In this document: in pieces, positions 62,341-64,000 of the stretch
Layout: each line of letters starts with the position of its first letter
Position numbering within the stretch: the stretch's first letter is position 1
Assembly: GCF_009914755.1 (NCBI RefSeq)
Contig: NC_060926.1
DNA: 64,000 nt
Direction: 5' to 3' (one strand)
From: the human T2T-CHM13v2.0 reference genome, Homo sapiens
Position numbers and translations under genes: made by a program
Notes under the pieces: model-generated
What the model was told of the DNA's origin: nothing
The model's input: the letters and a program-made list of their open reading frames with translations, nothing else
The model's database searches: none

Positions 62341-64000
62341 AAACAAAAGAATATTCAGGTTATCCCTAGGTGTAGGTAGGTTTGGGGCATTTTTTCTTAA
62401 CCTATTCAATACATATGTCCTTCTTGTTTAACTAACTATGGCTAATCCTTTTCAACCTCATTGAATAAAGAGGAAATAAGTGACTGTGACATATATGACG
62501 TTCTTTAGAGAAAAGAGGCTCAGCTCCTGATTTACTTACCTGTCATCTAGTGCAGGTGGGACAGGTTCGGGGGGTACACAGGCAAACAGCAAATAGCAGC
62601 ACAACAATGTTATGTTGCCACAAGGGAGTAAACATACAGAAATCACCAAAGGTAGGTTAGCAGGTGACTGGAAAGATTTTCTGGGGAAGATAATGCCTGA
62701 GTGTTGAGGCACATAAGAATGAGGATTTTAAAGGTAATTTAAGTAAGATTAAGAGATCTTGGATCTAGTTCCAAATTACATATCTTGTAAGATCCATAAA
62801 TATGTGGCTTAAAAACCTGTGTCACTATAGAAGTGACTCTCATATTTTTTATTGTATATATAATCATTTGTGATTTAAGTGACTTAAATAGCCAATGAAA
62901 GTATCTGTAGTTTTATTTCTATTCTAATGTCTCTCCTTGTGAGGTTAGTAAAAGTAAAATTGTATGTCCTTAAATATTCAGAACACTTAAGAATGTTACT
63001 CACCTTTAAATATTTTTAAACCCTGTAAAGAATAAGACATTGCTTCCTCCTGAGCTTAGTAGTAAAATTAATTTAATTGGTGAGGAAGACATTTACAGAA
63101 ACAGGCTGAAAATTCTACTTGCCACAAGGCACAACATGTACTTAATTAAGGAAAAGTCAGGAAACAGAATCAGACATTATAACAATACTGACAATTAGGA
63201 TTTTAAGGGGAAAAAAATTGGAATTCCCAACACTGGCCTGTGATAAGACACGGTCAGAGAGCACTAATTAGCAATACTTAGAAAAGGTCTATTTCTTTTT
63301 CATGTTTAACACCAAAATGGTTGATGAAAACTGCAAATGTCAGCCACGTGATTCCACATCCAAATAGGAATAGCTGAGGCTGTCCTGGGGCTTAGTTCAG
63401 AGCTTAATCAAAGAAGACTGCTCCATTCAGATGTGAGTACTGTTACTTGGTGAGAATATTGATTATAGCACATAGAGGAAAACCGAGGAATCCTGTCTGT
63501 ATTTCTTTTTACCGACTCCTCCCAGTGCAAGTGTCTGGAGGCACTTAAAGCAGACACATCTTTATTCGTCTTGCTTCTGTCAAGGCCAAATGAATTCTTT
63601 TGCGATATGGAAGAAAATAAGTATCCATTTAAACAGAAATTGGCTCATTCACAGCAGAACATTTGGAAAACTACCTATAGTCAATAAACCTGGAATTATT
63701 TTTACCAAAAGTATGTTCCTCTGTGTTAATCAAACTCTTTCAATTGGTTCAGCTTGTGCAACTAATCCTGGCTAAATATTTAATGACTTGTTTTATACGA
63801 AATATTAAAAACACACAGGAGAAGATGGGAAAATTAAATAATAGGTTATTTCCCCTTGGGTATTTTATGAATAATTGTAATAACTGATTATTAAGAATGT
63901 ATTTTTTCTTTGATTTCTATAGGTGTAGTGAAATTATTAATATGTGGTCAATCAAAGCAACTGCTGAGAGCCAAGATTCTAACTCTCAACTATATGAAAG

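Overview
This is AT-rich primate (very probably human) intergenic or deep-intronic DNA, roughly half or more transposon-derived. I find no credible protein-coding gene, rRNA, tRNA, CRISPR array or prokaryotic feature. The longer ORFs in the track are chance ORFs or decayed L1, MaLR or Alu frames. Main content: a nested LTR10 / second ERV LTR / MST cluster (1-2695); a tailless 36-nt U2 snRNA retropseudogene with a TSD (3354-3389); four Alus; an internally deleted two-LTR MER61-like provirus (11420-13819); a 5'-inverted L1PA with an internal 233-bp tandem duplication (16760-20085); a complete MLT1 element; a near-full-length L1MA with a ~78-bp tandem array at its 5' end, into which a complete THE1 inserted; and many old L1M, L2 and MIR fragments. 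The most unusual local observation is a ~177-bp unique segment copied ~4 kb downstream into an old LTR. I do not see a convincing new biological system. Repeat subfamily names are from recall of consensus sequences and need RepeatMasker/Dfam confirmation.
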